Positions 12,750 to 25,103 of a stretch of DNA of 64,000 bases are shown in pieces. The first letter of the stretch is position 1; each line of letters begins with the position of its first letter. The notes below the pieces were generated by a model. The model made no database searches, was not told the DNA's origin, and saw only the letters and a list, made by a program, of their open reading frames with translations. A program made the position numbers and the translations under genes. The DNA comes from Selaginella moellendorffii (Eukaryota; Plantae; Lycopodiophyta), in NCBI RefSeq assembly GCF_000143415.4, contig NW_003314271.1, positions 930,001-994,000 on the forward strand. Direction: 5' to 3'.

Positions 12750-13589
12750 GCCCTGGGCTCCTACTGTTTGAAAGTTTTTTTTGGGCGGGAAAAGTTTAGG
12801 GTTCTTCATTTTCTAATTGCCTTCCCACAGAGATTTGCCACGGTGGGACAACTGCCACGAAACTTTAGGATGAGGATTTGATAGTTCTCAGCAAGCCATC
12901 AGGATTGGTCCAAGTACTACTGTCTATGAATTATTTTCTTTTCAGGGTGGAAGTGAGTCTAGTCTCCATGATGAGCTTGGCTCTTCAGTTCGAGTACAAA
13001 GAGCCTCCAAGACTGGTACTCTTTTGCTATGAAACGTACAATGATCTTGCTAACGATGTAGGCTCATCGTCTCGATGAGTCTTAGGCGGCACTGTGAAGA
13101 CACTGAAGATCCAGAGCTTCTTAATGCTCAAAAGACACATTTCTGTCCTAGGCAAAGACACTTTATTAAAGTTACATTCCACCGGAAATACCTAGCTCTA
13201 GTGATTGGCGCTCCCATTTCAGCTCCTCTTCTGAAGGTACTACGCTCTCGTTTGATTGCTCACAGATGTGAAAGTGTTGCACAGATGGTGCTGGAAGATG
13301 GAAAATCCGGGCTGACCCCAAGTCCCAAAACGCGACCCAAGAGTATCAGGTTTTGAAGCGTTGTGAGGGGACTCTTTGCGATTGATTTTTTCGCTTGTAA
13401 TTACCTTCTTTCCCTGTACAGGGCTACAACTACGTCCACATTCATCCAGCTCCGCGTGCACTGTGCCTTGGACTTCGGCGGAAAGAAACATGAACGCGGT
13501 GGACCCCAAGACATCAAAGCGTGGGAGGAACAAGACATCTCCACACAAGGGAGCTTCCCATCTCCCGCCTGCGGAAGAAAGCAGGCGCG

Positions 13590-14720
13590 GTGGACTTCGG
13601 CCTGAACCCCGAGCGGATGGTGAAACTTGTTAGTTAACTCTCTCAAGGTTGATCAGCACAGGCGTGCGGTGGAAGTATCTGTTCGTGACCAGAAGCCCAA
13701 TGTGGTGGAGGTGGTCCCTTTCCAGCTCCTGTACCATTTCCTGATCCATCTCCTGCCAGTGGCCAGTTACCCGAACTTTAACACCACCAAGGCTAAGCGC
13801 CTCTCCCACCTTGTGTCGCTCATCTGAGAACACCACCAGCCTCTTGTAACTTCGAAATAGCTGCTTCCAATATGCTCCACCTTTTCCTCCTCGTCGATCG
13901 CCACCTGGTGGAGCTGGCACACACCTTCCAGCGTCACCCTCGCCGGCTCTATCCGCTTGCAGCCTGCAGGTACAGGAGGAGAGTGCACAGAAATAATTGC
14001 ATCCTGATGCCGATACAGAACAGCCTTCACCTGCGAAAAGCAAAGTGGATTTAAAACACGGCGAGAGAGCTGAAATTTAAAGTTGGCATGACCATACCTT
14101 ATGAGCAGGCAGCTTCTCAACCTCCACAACGAGCACCCGGCGCACGTCTCCCACCTCCATGCTCAGGAAGGAGCTGGGTGTCCCAACCAGAACATCACAA
14201 CACTCGAATCCTCGAACACAACCATCACGGTTCAGAAGATAATATCACTCAATCCAGGACAAGCTGCAGCTTCTGCAAAAACACTTGAAAGATTAGAACG
14301 GGTTTATAACGCAGCTCAGACAGATGCTCGTGTAAGACGGCAAGAAACTCACCGTCCATGCGGGCTGGTGGCTTAACCAGGCCGTGAACTCTTCGTGGCT
14401 TTATAACTTTGCGTGGAAGGCAGGGGACCTCAGTGACATGAAAGAAAGTGAACAAGACATCCTCAAGCTGCATCGAAGAGAAACGAATTCTAGACACGGA
14501 TTGGATAATTCTCAAAGAAACGGGAGCGGACGGAATGTGTATATGACCAGCGCAGCAAAGGTGCAGCCAAACATTAGGCCTGATAACGCAAACTCACAAG
14601 CTTCCTCTTGGGTCGCCAACACAATGTCTAGACCACGTATCATCCACTCGTGCTGCTTAACGTTAGGCGAGGATACCAGTCATGTAGTGTGGACATTCGA
14701 AGGTTTTGAACAGTGGATCC
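13590..14720 (-). pseudogene. Highly diverged eIF4A-like DEAD-box helicase remnant
   Basis: Colinear motif echoes across frames: RGLDIVLATQ, DVLVGTPSSFL, TLEGVCQ..DEEEKV, LVVFSDERHKV, EMDQ, LINL; Walker A and DEAD motifs absent; frameshifts; boundaries approximate. Confidence 0.5.
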
Positions 14721-16162
14721 CGTGATAACAAGCACCCCTTGGTCATGCCAAAATACCGCAGCAGCTCCAGGCTCCTGAGAACAAACGGAGTGTTCCTAAT
14801 ATTAGCTGCAAGCACAAACGCAGAGCACATTCTTAGCAAAAATCGATCGATCTTATTTGACATACCGCTTATGTACTTAGTACAAATACTCACGACAGGA
14901 ACCATACATCTGCGCACCCAAATCCCCCAAGCTTGCAGAATCTGGCGACTAGTGAAGCAATCGGTGAAGACTGCATCATCGCTGCAGGCTCTGTGCAGAG
15001 AAGCAGGAGCCGCCATCGCGCTCCCGATGAAAAACGCAGACATCTGGATGGATCGAGCTGCTGTGTCATATTTTAGGTTGGTGGAGTCCGTTTAGCGGCT
15101 AGAGCTTCCGTTCTTTGCAATGCACTGTGCCCCACGGACTTTCGGCTGCCTTGATGAACACAAATGATGCTTGAGCCATGCCCCCATCATTGATGGTATT
15201 CGGGTAGCACAGCGACAAAACAATTCGGAAGTACACATTTACTAACAAGATGTCTCGAAGTCTTCGGACTTCTGCTGCCAGATTCGATCTGTCTTACTGT
15301 TTTTCTTGCAGGTTGTGGTGACCGACATGTAAGAGAATCCTGAAACACCCCATCTTATTACCAGTGTTGCATTTCCAGGCCAGCTTATTCAGCATGACAG
15401 AGATTTTGGACATTCAACTCAGGGACAGATGTAGCTTTCTTCCGGTTTTAGACGATGTAAGTTTCCAAATTTGTGACTACAGAGCCCACAAAACATTAGT
15501 AGTGAACTTTCCAAACAGCAGACCATTCTATTTTGCTAGTAACTTTGCTTGCAAGCTGAACGTCAGCAGGCCATGTCAGAGCACCTTCCTACTTTTCCTG
15601 TTCATCAGAAGTCTCTCCGATACTGGTGAAACTGCCTTTCACAGTTATCAGATACAGGCGTGGTGCAAGAGTGGAGCTCCTCCAGAAACTCTTGCAGCTT
15701 AGCCAGCTCTTTCGGAGTCACAATGTTGATAACGACCTTTGCACCGTATGTGCGATCAATGCCACAGTATGATGAATGCTTTGAGCTCGGATCTCCCCAC
15801 GTTTGCCTCGCCCCTCCCGGTGCTGGCGAATGCAACAATCAAGATCGTCTGCCATGCAAAGACAAGAAAGAATGCGTAAATTGGCCGCTCACGTTCCAAG
15901 AGCTACATTGGATGGATTCTCAGTTTACCTGGCTACGCTATACTTGCGATGTTGGCGAGCCACAGCCACTGAACCGCCCAACACTCACACTCGTAGCCGC
16001 ACAGCCCATGTCGTGCACTTGCTCTTGCTGTCGCTCGTGGGTGGAGCATATGTTTATAATTTATAAGCACAAAGTTTTTGTTTTGGATTCTCTAGAATAT
16101 TCTTAATAACTGCGAATCGTTGTTTTACATACATACCGGTAAACGAAAGTCAAAGAAGGTGG

Positions 16163-16341
16163 TGAGGAGGTTTCGATCCTCCGACCCGTGGGTCACGTTA
16201 GAGAGAGTGCGATGGATGATCTAGCAAATGAAGTGCCGCTGATGATCAAGGGCCTTGTCGGCGGCCATCACTTGCACAGCAGCGCCAAATCCTCCACCGC
16301 TACTTCGCCCTGGGTTGCAAGTTCTACAACATTTACATCGA
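16163..16341 (+). pseudogene. Degenerate duplicate of the tRNA-iMet 3' part plus the 5' end of the NTF2-like gene
   Basis: gaggtttcgatcctccgacc matches 17430-17449; 16201-16341 matches 17621-17762 with a frameshift. Confidence 0.85.
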
Positions 16342-16484
16342 GACCATGTTCAACTATCCATTTAATATTTTGAAGCAGGTTTTTGGTTGAGATGTTTTCA
16401 GGGGTAATCTCATGTTTATAATTGAGGTGCCTTGCAAAGTTGTTGGTTACATTCCTCTAATCTAGCAAAATAATATTAACAAAC

Positions 16485-17369
16485 TTAATAAGAAGTAGAT
16501 GGAGCCAAGCAATACAGAAACTGGCCGCTGTCTTCCTCGCTCACATCCATTCTATACCACTGGAAGCTAACCTGGTCAAATGCAAGGATTGCCTGGTCCA
16601 TAAGGATAGCCATGTACTTGCACCCTTTGGCATGAGCAGGATACATGGATCCCACGTAATTATCCGGATTTCCGATACCTTTGATTGTCCCACCGGTAAA
16701 TCTCAACCTGATCATCCACAAGCGGTACAGCATAGTCCCCAGAATACACAACCAGGAGCATGAGCTCATTGTGGAAGCCTTTGAAGCACCGGCAAATGCC
16801 ATTGGGAAAACCCCAATTCTCATACGTGATTCCCTCAGGCTTTGTGAAACCGGGGTGTTGATACAGCTTATCTTCTGCAAAGTCGTATACATCTCCCAGC
16901 GGAGTTGCAACACGGTTGTCTACATGGTACGCGGCTTCCCAGCCCCCTTTTTCTATACGCTCCACGCGGTCGCATGAATCCATCTCCCTCTCCACGTTGC
17001 AGCTCTGAACCCAGACCTTGCTCTTTGAAGTGTACATAAACTTGTCAACCAGGAGCGTAAACTCCCCAGCCTCTGGAGCGTCCGCAATCAGATAAACATA
17101 CAACCAGAACCGAACCGTCCCATCCTTGTACCAGTTGTAGCCAGGATGCCAAGGGATGGGTGCCCAAATCCCAGTCAAGGGGCTCCCAACAAGCCCCTGC
17201 TTCAAATCAAAATTCTCCACGTACATGTGGCCATGATTTCGAAACCCTCCTCGATCCTGACAGGCCTCAACTCTTGTTTGTGAGGCACCCACGCTTGCAA
17301 TTCACCTGAGCTCGGCACCAGCACTAGAGACTCGCCCGCAAGATCCCTGTCAATCTCAACCGGGGCCAT
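16485..17369 (-). pseudogene. F-box-associated (beta-propeller-like) domain pseudogene with two frameshifts
   Basis: Continuous protein-like reading across three frames; SPLTGIWAPIP (NPLT..W..LP-like), YTSKSKVW, ILAFDQVSFQW; no F-box seen. Confidence 0.55.
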
Positions 17370-17420
17370 GTTAGTAAAAGGTGGTCTTTATTTTAGGGTT
17401 TAAAAAGGGTCAGTTAGATT

Positions 17421-17492
17421 TATCAGAGAGAGGTTTCGATCCTCCGACCTGTGGGTTATGGGCCCACCACGCTTCCGCTGCGCCACTCTGAT
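17421..17492 (-). tRNA. Cytosolic initiator tRNA-Met (CAT)
   Basis: ATCAGAGTGGCGCAGCGGAAGCGTGGTGGGCCCATAACCCACAGGTCGGAGGATCGAAACCTCTCTCTGATA: A1:U72 pair, GATCGAAA T-loop, complete cloverleaf. Confidence 0.97.
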
Positions 17493-17570
17493 CTTTACAT
17501 AAAAAAATAATTAAATATCATTAACGACCTTTTTCCTTTTTCGTTTTTTTCCATGCTATCTGGCAAATTC

Positions 17571-17572
<2 letters not shown>

Positions 17573-17601
<29 letters not shown>

Positions 17602-17627
17602 TGTGTGTGTGTGAGAGAGAGAGAGAG
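17573..17627. repeat. Compound (AG)n/(GT)n microsatellite in the 5' region of the NTF2-like gene
   Basis: Seen directly in the sequence. Confidence 0.95.
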
Positions 17628-17632
17628 TGGCG

Positions 17633-18215
17633 ATGGAGAATCCAGCAAAGGAAGTGCCGAAGGTGATCGAGGGGCTCGTCGGGCGGCCATCGCTCGCGCA
17701 GCAGCGCCAAATCCTCCACCGCTACTTCGCCCCGGATTGCGAGTTCTACCACATTTACATCAACACGCGCGGCCTGGAGGATCTCTCGTCCATGTACCAG
17801 TTCGCCGAGACCATGTTCAACTACCAGGGCGTCAAGTTCCACACCGTCGCCTACGACGCCGCTCAGGAGGTGGTGGCGGTGCGCATGACGGTGCGCATTC
17901 GCCCATGGATCCGCCTTGGCACGCCCGTGGATCTCGAGTTCTTCACGATGCTCGAGCTGGAGAAGTTCCAGGACGAGGTATTGGATTCTTCGTTTTCTCG
18001 AGAGTGTTGGAAATATTTTCTTCTTGTTCTTCTTGCAGGATGGAAGGGAGCTCAAACGCATCAAGGTGCAGCGAGATTTCTTCCAGCGATCGCCTCTGCT
18101 TCAAGCCATCCCCTTCTTTGGAGAGATCTACTCGTGGAATTTGTGGAGGGATCTCCTCGGCCGCGTGGACGCTGCCTTTTTCCGTCTCGTCCAGAGATTG
18201 GTGGCATGGGTCTAA
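17633..18215 (+). CDS. NTF2/SnoaL-fold protein; exons 17633-17977 and 18039-18215
   Basis: MENPAKEV start, YFAPDCEFYH and RIKVQRDFF motifs typical of the NTF2-like fold; phase-0 GT-AG intron joins two ORFs. Confidence 0.8.
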
Positions 18216-18319
18216 AGTCTTGCATTGAGAATGGAAGTGAAAGAGAAACAAATAAAAAAAATCTTCCTTTCTGATGAATATTTTTTTTTTTTTTGCCTGT
18301 TCTTCGTGAGCTCCCACCA

Positions 18320-20002
18320 TCACCAGAGCTTTTCGGCGATTTGCACGGCGTTGAGAGCTGCTCCTTTGCGTATTTGATCGCCGCACACGAATATGTCTAG
18401 CCTGATAGAAAATGCGAGCGTTTTCCTGGCTGAAATCCACAGTGCAAACGGGAAAAAAAAATTGTGCTCACCCGTGGTGGCCATCTTGAGAGAGATCGCG
18501 CCGTATCCTTCCCACAGCAACATCATCCGTGCTCGACACCTGGGGTTCAAGAAAGTGAAAAGTCTAAATCGAATCAAGTGTAGAACTCAGTACCTTTAGT
18601 GGGGTTGGAAAGGAGTTCGCATCCCTGTCGTCAATCACTGTAACTCCATTTGCGCTGGACAATATTTGTCTCGCAGTCTCCTGTTACTTCGTTTCAAGAT
18701 CAAGATAAGCGATCGTGAATAGCAAGTCTACCTCGTCCACTGGCTTTTCGAATTGTAGATTAATGCTTTCGGCGTGGGCTCTCATCACGGGGACACGAAC
18801 ACAAGTAGCTGTGACACGGACTTCATCGTCATCCTGAGACACCATACGTCAAACTACAAGAAATAGCCAAGGAAAATAAAGTACCCAGATTTTTCGCGTT
18901 TCTTTCACAAGCTTAAGCTCTTCCTCGTTGTAGCCATTTTCCTTGACGGACGAGTTGTGGGAGAAGAGGTTGAAAGCGTACTGTGAGAGACAAACGTTAG
19001 CCATTCCTAAAAACCATATTATTTGGAAAAACCACCTGCTGGTTGAAAATTTTGCACGTAGGCTCTTTTCCTTCCAGGACCTCACGCGTTTGCTGCTCAA
19101 GCTCCGCCATGGCAGCGGCACCAGCTCCACTCGCAGCTTGGTAAGTGCTCACGACCATGCGCTTTACCTACAAACATCCAGTGTTACTAAAGCTTGGAAG
19201 CAGCAGGAACACATTCTTAAATCACCTTAGCGTGACGATGAAGAGGTGTGACAGCCATGAGGCAGATTATCGTGGAACAGTTTGGGTTGGCAATGAGAGC
19301 TCCCTTTTTGTTGCTCAATCTTATGTGTGCCATGGCATCTGGATTTACCTGCATTTTCTCTACAAATCAGCATTGAAAAACGCAACCAAAGAGAACTAAC
19401 ACGAACACTTGCCTCAGGAATGACAAGAGGAACACCATCCACCATTCGAAACGCGGAGCTATTGTCGACAACAATCACACCTTTGTCGACCGCAACTGGT
19501 CCAAATTCCTTGCTGCAAAGCTTGAGAGAGTTAGATTTTTCCTTCTCTAGCGTTAAGTTTCTCAAACCAACGTTACCTGATAGATCCACCAGCACTGAAG
19601 AGAGCAATGTCGACACCATTGAAGGATTCATCCGTGAGTTCCTCCACGACATAGTCCCGGTCCTAGAAAAGTAAAAAGAATCACGATCGATCCACGAGTG
19701 AAAGAAAGAGTTTCACACACCTGGAACGTCATGTGTTTGCCGGCGGATCTCTTGCTAGCCAGGAGCTTAAGCTTGCCATACGGAAAATCGCGATCGTCAA
19801 GAACACTAAGAAATTCCTGGCCGACGGCGCCAGTCACGCCAACGACAGCCACAGTCGGCCCATTCTCGCTCAGCGCCATCGTCACGACGCCGCATTGCTT
19901 GCGCCGGCTGGAGATTACAACCCTGTGCTGCGATCGCTGCGAAGACGAGGAGAGAAACGAAGAGATCTGGATGCTCCCGGGCTGGAGCTTGAGAAGCGCC
20001 AT
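18320..20002 (-). CDS. ASD: Plastid aspartate-semialdehyde dehydrogenase (multi-exon)
   Basis: Transit peptide, [57 protein letters not shown]. Confidence 0.97.
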
Positions 20003-20117
20003 CACGTAAAACCCCAGTAGCCGCCATCACAGCAGTAGGGTTCTTCGCTTTTATATTTTTCGTTCGTGGAAGAGTGAAAGAGAGAGAGGCGCATTTCCGA
20101 GAGACAAATAAATTTCC

Positions 20118-20132
20118 AGGGTTTAGGGTTTT
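20118..20132. promoter_or_regulatory. Telo-box (AAACCCTA on the minus strand) in the 160-bp divergent ASD/APC7 spacer
   Basis: agggtttagggtttt lies between two head-to-head ATGs. Confidence 0.5.
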
Positions 20133-20162
20133 CTTGGATCGATCGTTGCCGCGGGCACGAGG

Positions 20163-22734
20163 ATGATGGAGATCCTGCGCGAGCAGATGGGATTCTTGCT
20201 CGATCAAGGCTTGCACGACTCTGCAGAGATTTTGGTAGAGCTTTCTTGGATCTATTCGTGTGATTTTGGAGTGAATGGCGGCATTGCAGGGCTCGTTTCT
20301 TCTGTGCGCGGCCGCGTCCAACAACGATCTGGCTCCTACCGTTCGCGCCGAGAATATGGTATGGAGTTTCTTTGCGGGAGTGATCGCTTTTGTGAAATCT
20401 TTCTGTCGGTCTAGGTGTTGTTTGCCGATGCTTTGTATGGAAGAAGAGAGTACAAAAGGGCTCTTGTAAGTAGCGTTTTTTCTTTTGTTCCATGCTTGAT
20501 CTGGTTTGTTTTTGTTTCCTGCTTTTCAGAACTTTTATCGGCAAGCATTACAACAATGTAGAGTAACGTTGAAACCAAACACGGCTGTCACGAGAAGCAC
20601 TCTTTCTTCGACAGGAAGTCGACCATCGTCCGCAAACTCAAGTTATTGTGGTACTATCAATGACAATGAGGTATGCTTCGATTTTCTACGTTCCAGGCAT
20701 CACTCTCGTTTCTCTTGTCTGTGTCTCCAGGTGAAGTACAAAATAGCTCTCTGTCATATGGGCTTGCGCGACACTCGCTCGGCTCTTACAGAGGTTCGTC
20801 TTGCCAAACATCTACAAGAGACAGAATAAATCCAACGCACCATCTTATCCCAGTGATTGCAGATGGAAGCCATACCATCAAAAGCCAGGACGCTGCGTAT
20901 AAATCTCACGCTAGCAAAGCTCTACCGTGTTACGGGCTACGACCGAGCGGCGGTCGCTTCATATCGAGAGTGTCTAAGGTAGTTTCTCAAGTACTATCTG
21001 TTTGCTCTTTATCTGTTTTCTGACAGGCAATGCCCATACGTCTTGGAGGCCATTATAGCACTGGCTGAGCTTGGAATACCTGCGAAAGATATTCAGCTTC
21101 TTTTTCCTCAGGTATGAGAAGTACTTACATTTTGGAACTTATTTTTTATTTTATATGCAGACTCCTAGCAAGGTTGCTCGAGCACCCTCTGATGGTCACG
21201 AGTCTTCACGCTTACTACAGGTATAATGAAACAGGTACTGTTCGGAGTCTGATATATGTTTCCTTCAGAAACTTACTGAGGTTCATTGCGGGATTGCATC
21301 TTTGGACTACAAAGGTATCTATAATTTCTATGTTCTTGTAGTTAATTTCAGTTTCCTGTAGGAGCTTTAGAGAATTTAAACCAGCTCGCACAACGTTTTC
21401 CAAATAACCTACATGTTTTACTAGAGACAGGGAAGGTAATCGCTTATGAGAGTTTTCTGTTAACCGATAGGAAAAGTTCATATTTCGGTTAAATGCTCAC
21501 ATTCTGGCAGGTTGAAGGAGCTTTGGGGAGAGGCGATGAAGCAGTTCACAGCTTTGAGAAGGTGAGACCTTTTCTGTTTTCTATTACGTCGATTAATGCG
21601 TACGAAGTTTATGTTCCAGTCACGGCAAGTAGATCCCTGTAACTTGACAGATATGGACGAGTATGCGATGCTGCTTAGAATGAGAGGTGATACTGCCGAA
21701 ATGAACCGTCTAGTTTATGACCTGCTCAATGTTGATGCCGGAAGGCCGGAAGTATGGGTCTCATCTGCTGTTTATTGGGAAACACGTGATGACAGAGTTC
21801 GCGCTCTTAGTTATGCTGATAAGGTGACCGCTATTCTTCAGGTATCATATTGATTAATCCGTGTTCGCTTTCAGAGTATACGTGTTGCTGACCGTCATAC
21901 ACCGGCGTATCTTCTGAAGGTACCCATATTTCGTTGAAAATAATCTTTTCTGATCCTTTTTTGAAGGGGAATCTATCTTTATCTTTGAACCACTCTGAAG
22001 CTGCTGTGATGGCTTTTAGAAAAGCTCAATCTTTAAAACCAGATCTCCGATCCTATCAAGGTATGAAAAACCGCAGAGCTTCGTGTATTCACTTCTTGTG
22101 TTGAAGGTCTTGTTAGATCATACCTTGCGTTATCGAAGAACAAAGAAGCTCTCTGTGCTGCCCGCGAAGCCATGAAAGCTATGCCTCATTCTGCCAAGGC
22201 TCTCACCCTCGTAGGTGATGTTTATGCACATGTTCCGGAAGGTCGAGAAAAGGTAAAGCAGCAAAGTTCCAAGATTTTTTACATGCCATGGTTTTTAATT
22301 TCCAGGCTCGCAAGTTTTACGAGTCTGCATTGCGCCTAGAGCCGGGGTATCTTGGTGCTGTGCTTGCGTTGGCAGACTTACACAGAATGGAGTCCCGCAA
22401 TGAAGAAGCTACACTACTTTTGCAACGTTACCTGCAGAACTGGGCAGATGATGCTTTGCACACGAAGCTGGCACAGATACTGGCGCTCACAAACAAGCTG
22501 GGAGAATCTCTATCACATTATCAGGCTGCTCTGAGGTAACATGTCATCCTTGCGTTTCAAGTAATAATTGTGTCGAATTTTTGCAGCATCAATCCGCAAA
22601 ACGAAGCAGCAAGAAAAGGCTTGGAACGTTTGGAAAAACAAATGAAGGGAGTGGATCCTGATGCACTTGAAGAGGACGAAGAGAATGAAGCAGAAGATGG
22701 AGAAGGGGACCCCGAAGAGGCCGAGTTCCTGTAG
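20163..22734 (+). CDS. APC7: Anaphase-promoting complex subunit 7 (TPR protein, many short introns)
   Basis: N-terminus MEILREQMGFLLDQGLHDSAEILG..AEN..LFADAL resembles plant APC7; TPR repeats; acidic C-terminus ending EEAEFL*. Confidence 0.9.
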
Positions 22735-22809
22735 TAAGTTCCATTACAGCTTTTACATTACTACAGATTTTTACCTGTTGTATAACACTACCATTGGCTT
22801 ACTCTTTGT

Positions 22810-24210
22810 ATGGCGAGCATCGCTGGGCTCCGCCCTTGCTGGAGTGATAATCACAGTACCCAGTTGAGGCATTTTTCCAAAGAGCACGGTATCCTTACTG
22901 CCCAGGTTTCTAGCAGACGAAAGAAATTGAGATTGAGATGCAAGGCATCCTCGCAGTCCTCACAACAGCAATCTAGTCTTCTCAGCTTCCTTTGTCCGCT
23001 ACTCAAGCTCATTGGGGTATGTAATTATCTTTTTTCTGCCATCAAACGTCTTCTGTCTAGAGTGGCGATCCATCGGCACCACGGAATGGTTTGCTCGAGG
23101 TGTGGAAGTTTTTCTTCTTTTCGACTTTCAAACAAGGATTGATTTATGTAGTCTGCGACGTCCGGAATTGCAAGCTTGGCAAGGCTGCCTTGGGGAAAGA
23201 ACGTCAACACGCAGATTGTATCTTCACGGACGAAGCAACCACTTGAGCTCTTCAAGCTCTACGAATTCGGTAAAGCTTAAACTCTCGCATTTTTTGCTCG
23301 CCTGTTCATTTTTCTTGTTTGTATATAGAGGCCTGTCCCTTCTGTAGACGAGTGAGAGAAGCATTGACAGAGCTCGATCTTTCTGCCGAGGTAGTGTCTC
23401 GCGGAGGTTGCAGATGGAAACTTTTTCAATCTTTGTGTAGGTGTATCCGTGCCCAAAAGGATCTCGAGTCCATCGTGCGTTTGTGAAAGCGTCTGGAGGC
23501 AAAGAGCAGTAAGTGATACACTCTTGTCTGTAACAGATTCTCATCGAATATGACAGGTTTCCATTTCTCTTGGATCCAAACACCGGCGTGTCAATGTACG
23601 AGAGCTGTGAGTAATTTTTCTTTTCATCACAATCAGCTTGCATCAATGCCTCTCGCAGCCGATATTGTCAACTACTTGTTCCAGGAATATGGTGAGAGAA
23701 GAAGGCCAACATTCGGGATTTTAGAAAGGTAACAAGTTTTACTGAAGTGTAAACTCTTCGGTATTTCATCATAGTGTGTTCCAGCACTTTAGTCACTGGC
23801 TGGGTTCCGACGATAATACGAGCAGGGCGAGGCATGTCACTGTGGAATGGAGCATTGCCAGATCCTCCACAGAAGCTCCTTGAGCTCTACTCATACGAGA
23901 ACAACCAGGTAAAGCGCTGTGTTTTCAAAGAATTCTAAAAGTTTTTTGGTAGTTTGCAAGGCTCGTAAGAGAAGCCCTGTGCGAGCTGGAACTTCCTTAC
24001 ATCCTCTGGAACACGGGCAAAGGGTCACTTAATTGCTCCAAGCTCAAGCAAATCTCGGGTTCAACACAGGTAACCTTTTGATCTATTTTTTCCCTTCATT
24101 ATCATTGTCAAGAACAGGTTCCATATCTGGTTGATCCCAACACCGGCATACAAATGGCAGAGTCTCTTGACATAATCCGCTATCTCTTCGCTAACTATAA
24201 TTCGAAGTGA
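22810..24210 (+). CDS. Plastid thioredoxin-fold protein with two GST N-terminal domains (AT4G10000-like); intact copy
   Basis: Transit peptide, LYEFEACPFCRRVRE, FPFLLDPNTG, LYSYENNQFARLVRE, VPYLVDPNTG; GT-AG introns. Confidence 0.92.
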
Positions 24211-24419
24211 TGTTGATGCAGAGTTTCCTTGGATTGATCAGCTATCATCGTGTTTGGTACTAATAGTGTATCGAGCTTTACTCCCAAGAACAGCGTAGGA
24301 AATGGCAGTTGCTACCATCAGCAAACGGAGGTACCAGCTAAACAGCAGTGTTCCCACAACTATGGACTGGTTGGCTTTCTAGAACGTACGAAGGAGTGTA
24401 CTAGAGAGAGAAAGAGTTT

Positions 24420-25103
24420 AGGGCAGGCATTCCTTTTGTACCCCATTTTCAAGAAATGAGGCATTTGGTGCATCACCTGGTCGCTTTTCTGCTACCGCCG
24501 GGAACGAGCTCAAGGTTGGGAGGTATGGGTCATGATGTGGGGATCGTTCGTGATTTGGGGTCGTGTCCTTCTTGGTAGGAAGAGAGGAAATTCTGCTTCG
24601 CATGCATCCAGGATGTCACGAAGTGCCCTGGGGGGAGGGTGTGATGTCCTGGACTGAGAAAACCCAAAACGATGGCTGGGACAGCAGTGCTTGGGCAGAA
24701 TTCGAGAGCTTTGGATGCGCACACAGTGGCTATCATCCCTGGACACATTGATGAAAGGAAAGTGTTAGGTCTTTCTTTCTTGACTTCTCGACTCACTGAC
24801 CAAACTTTTTGTGACGAGGTTTGAAGTTCTGGAGAGCAAGGACGAGCTTGATCTCATTGGACAACAACCACCAGAACCGCTGCGGCAGTTTAACCAGCGC
24901 TTTCAGTCTTATATTCGTAAATTCGTCCTGTGTGGCGACTTGATACGGCTGTGCATCACTTTGCCAAGTTCCAGCCTTCTTGGATTGGTCCTTATCAGGT
25001 ACTTTCTCGTGCTGGCACTAATTCGTATTGGCTAGCAGAGTTGACGGGCAGGAAACCACCGAAGCCAATCAATGGAGTTGATCTCAAACGGTATTTCTTT
25101 TGA
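24420..25103 (+). pseudogene. Gypsy integrase C-terminal remnant (also at 33470-34119 and 50060-50725)
   Basis: KFQPSWIGPYQV...YWLAEL...PINGVDLKRYFF* GPY/F module. Confidence 0.75.

Noticed and set aside
9086-12809. Many overlapping alternative-frame and antisense ORFs over the PPR and PME genes
   Set aside because: By-products of GC-rich coding sequence; no independent motifs
14730-16106. ORFs 14663-15043, 14706-15095 and the Cys-rich 15660-16106
   Set aside because: No family motif or consistent exon structure that I can support; left unannotated
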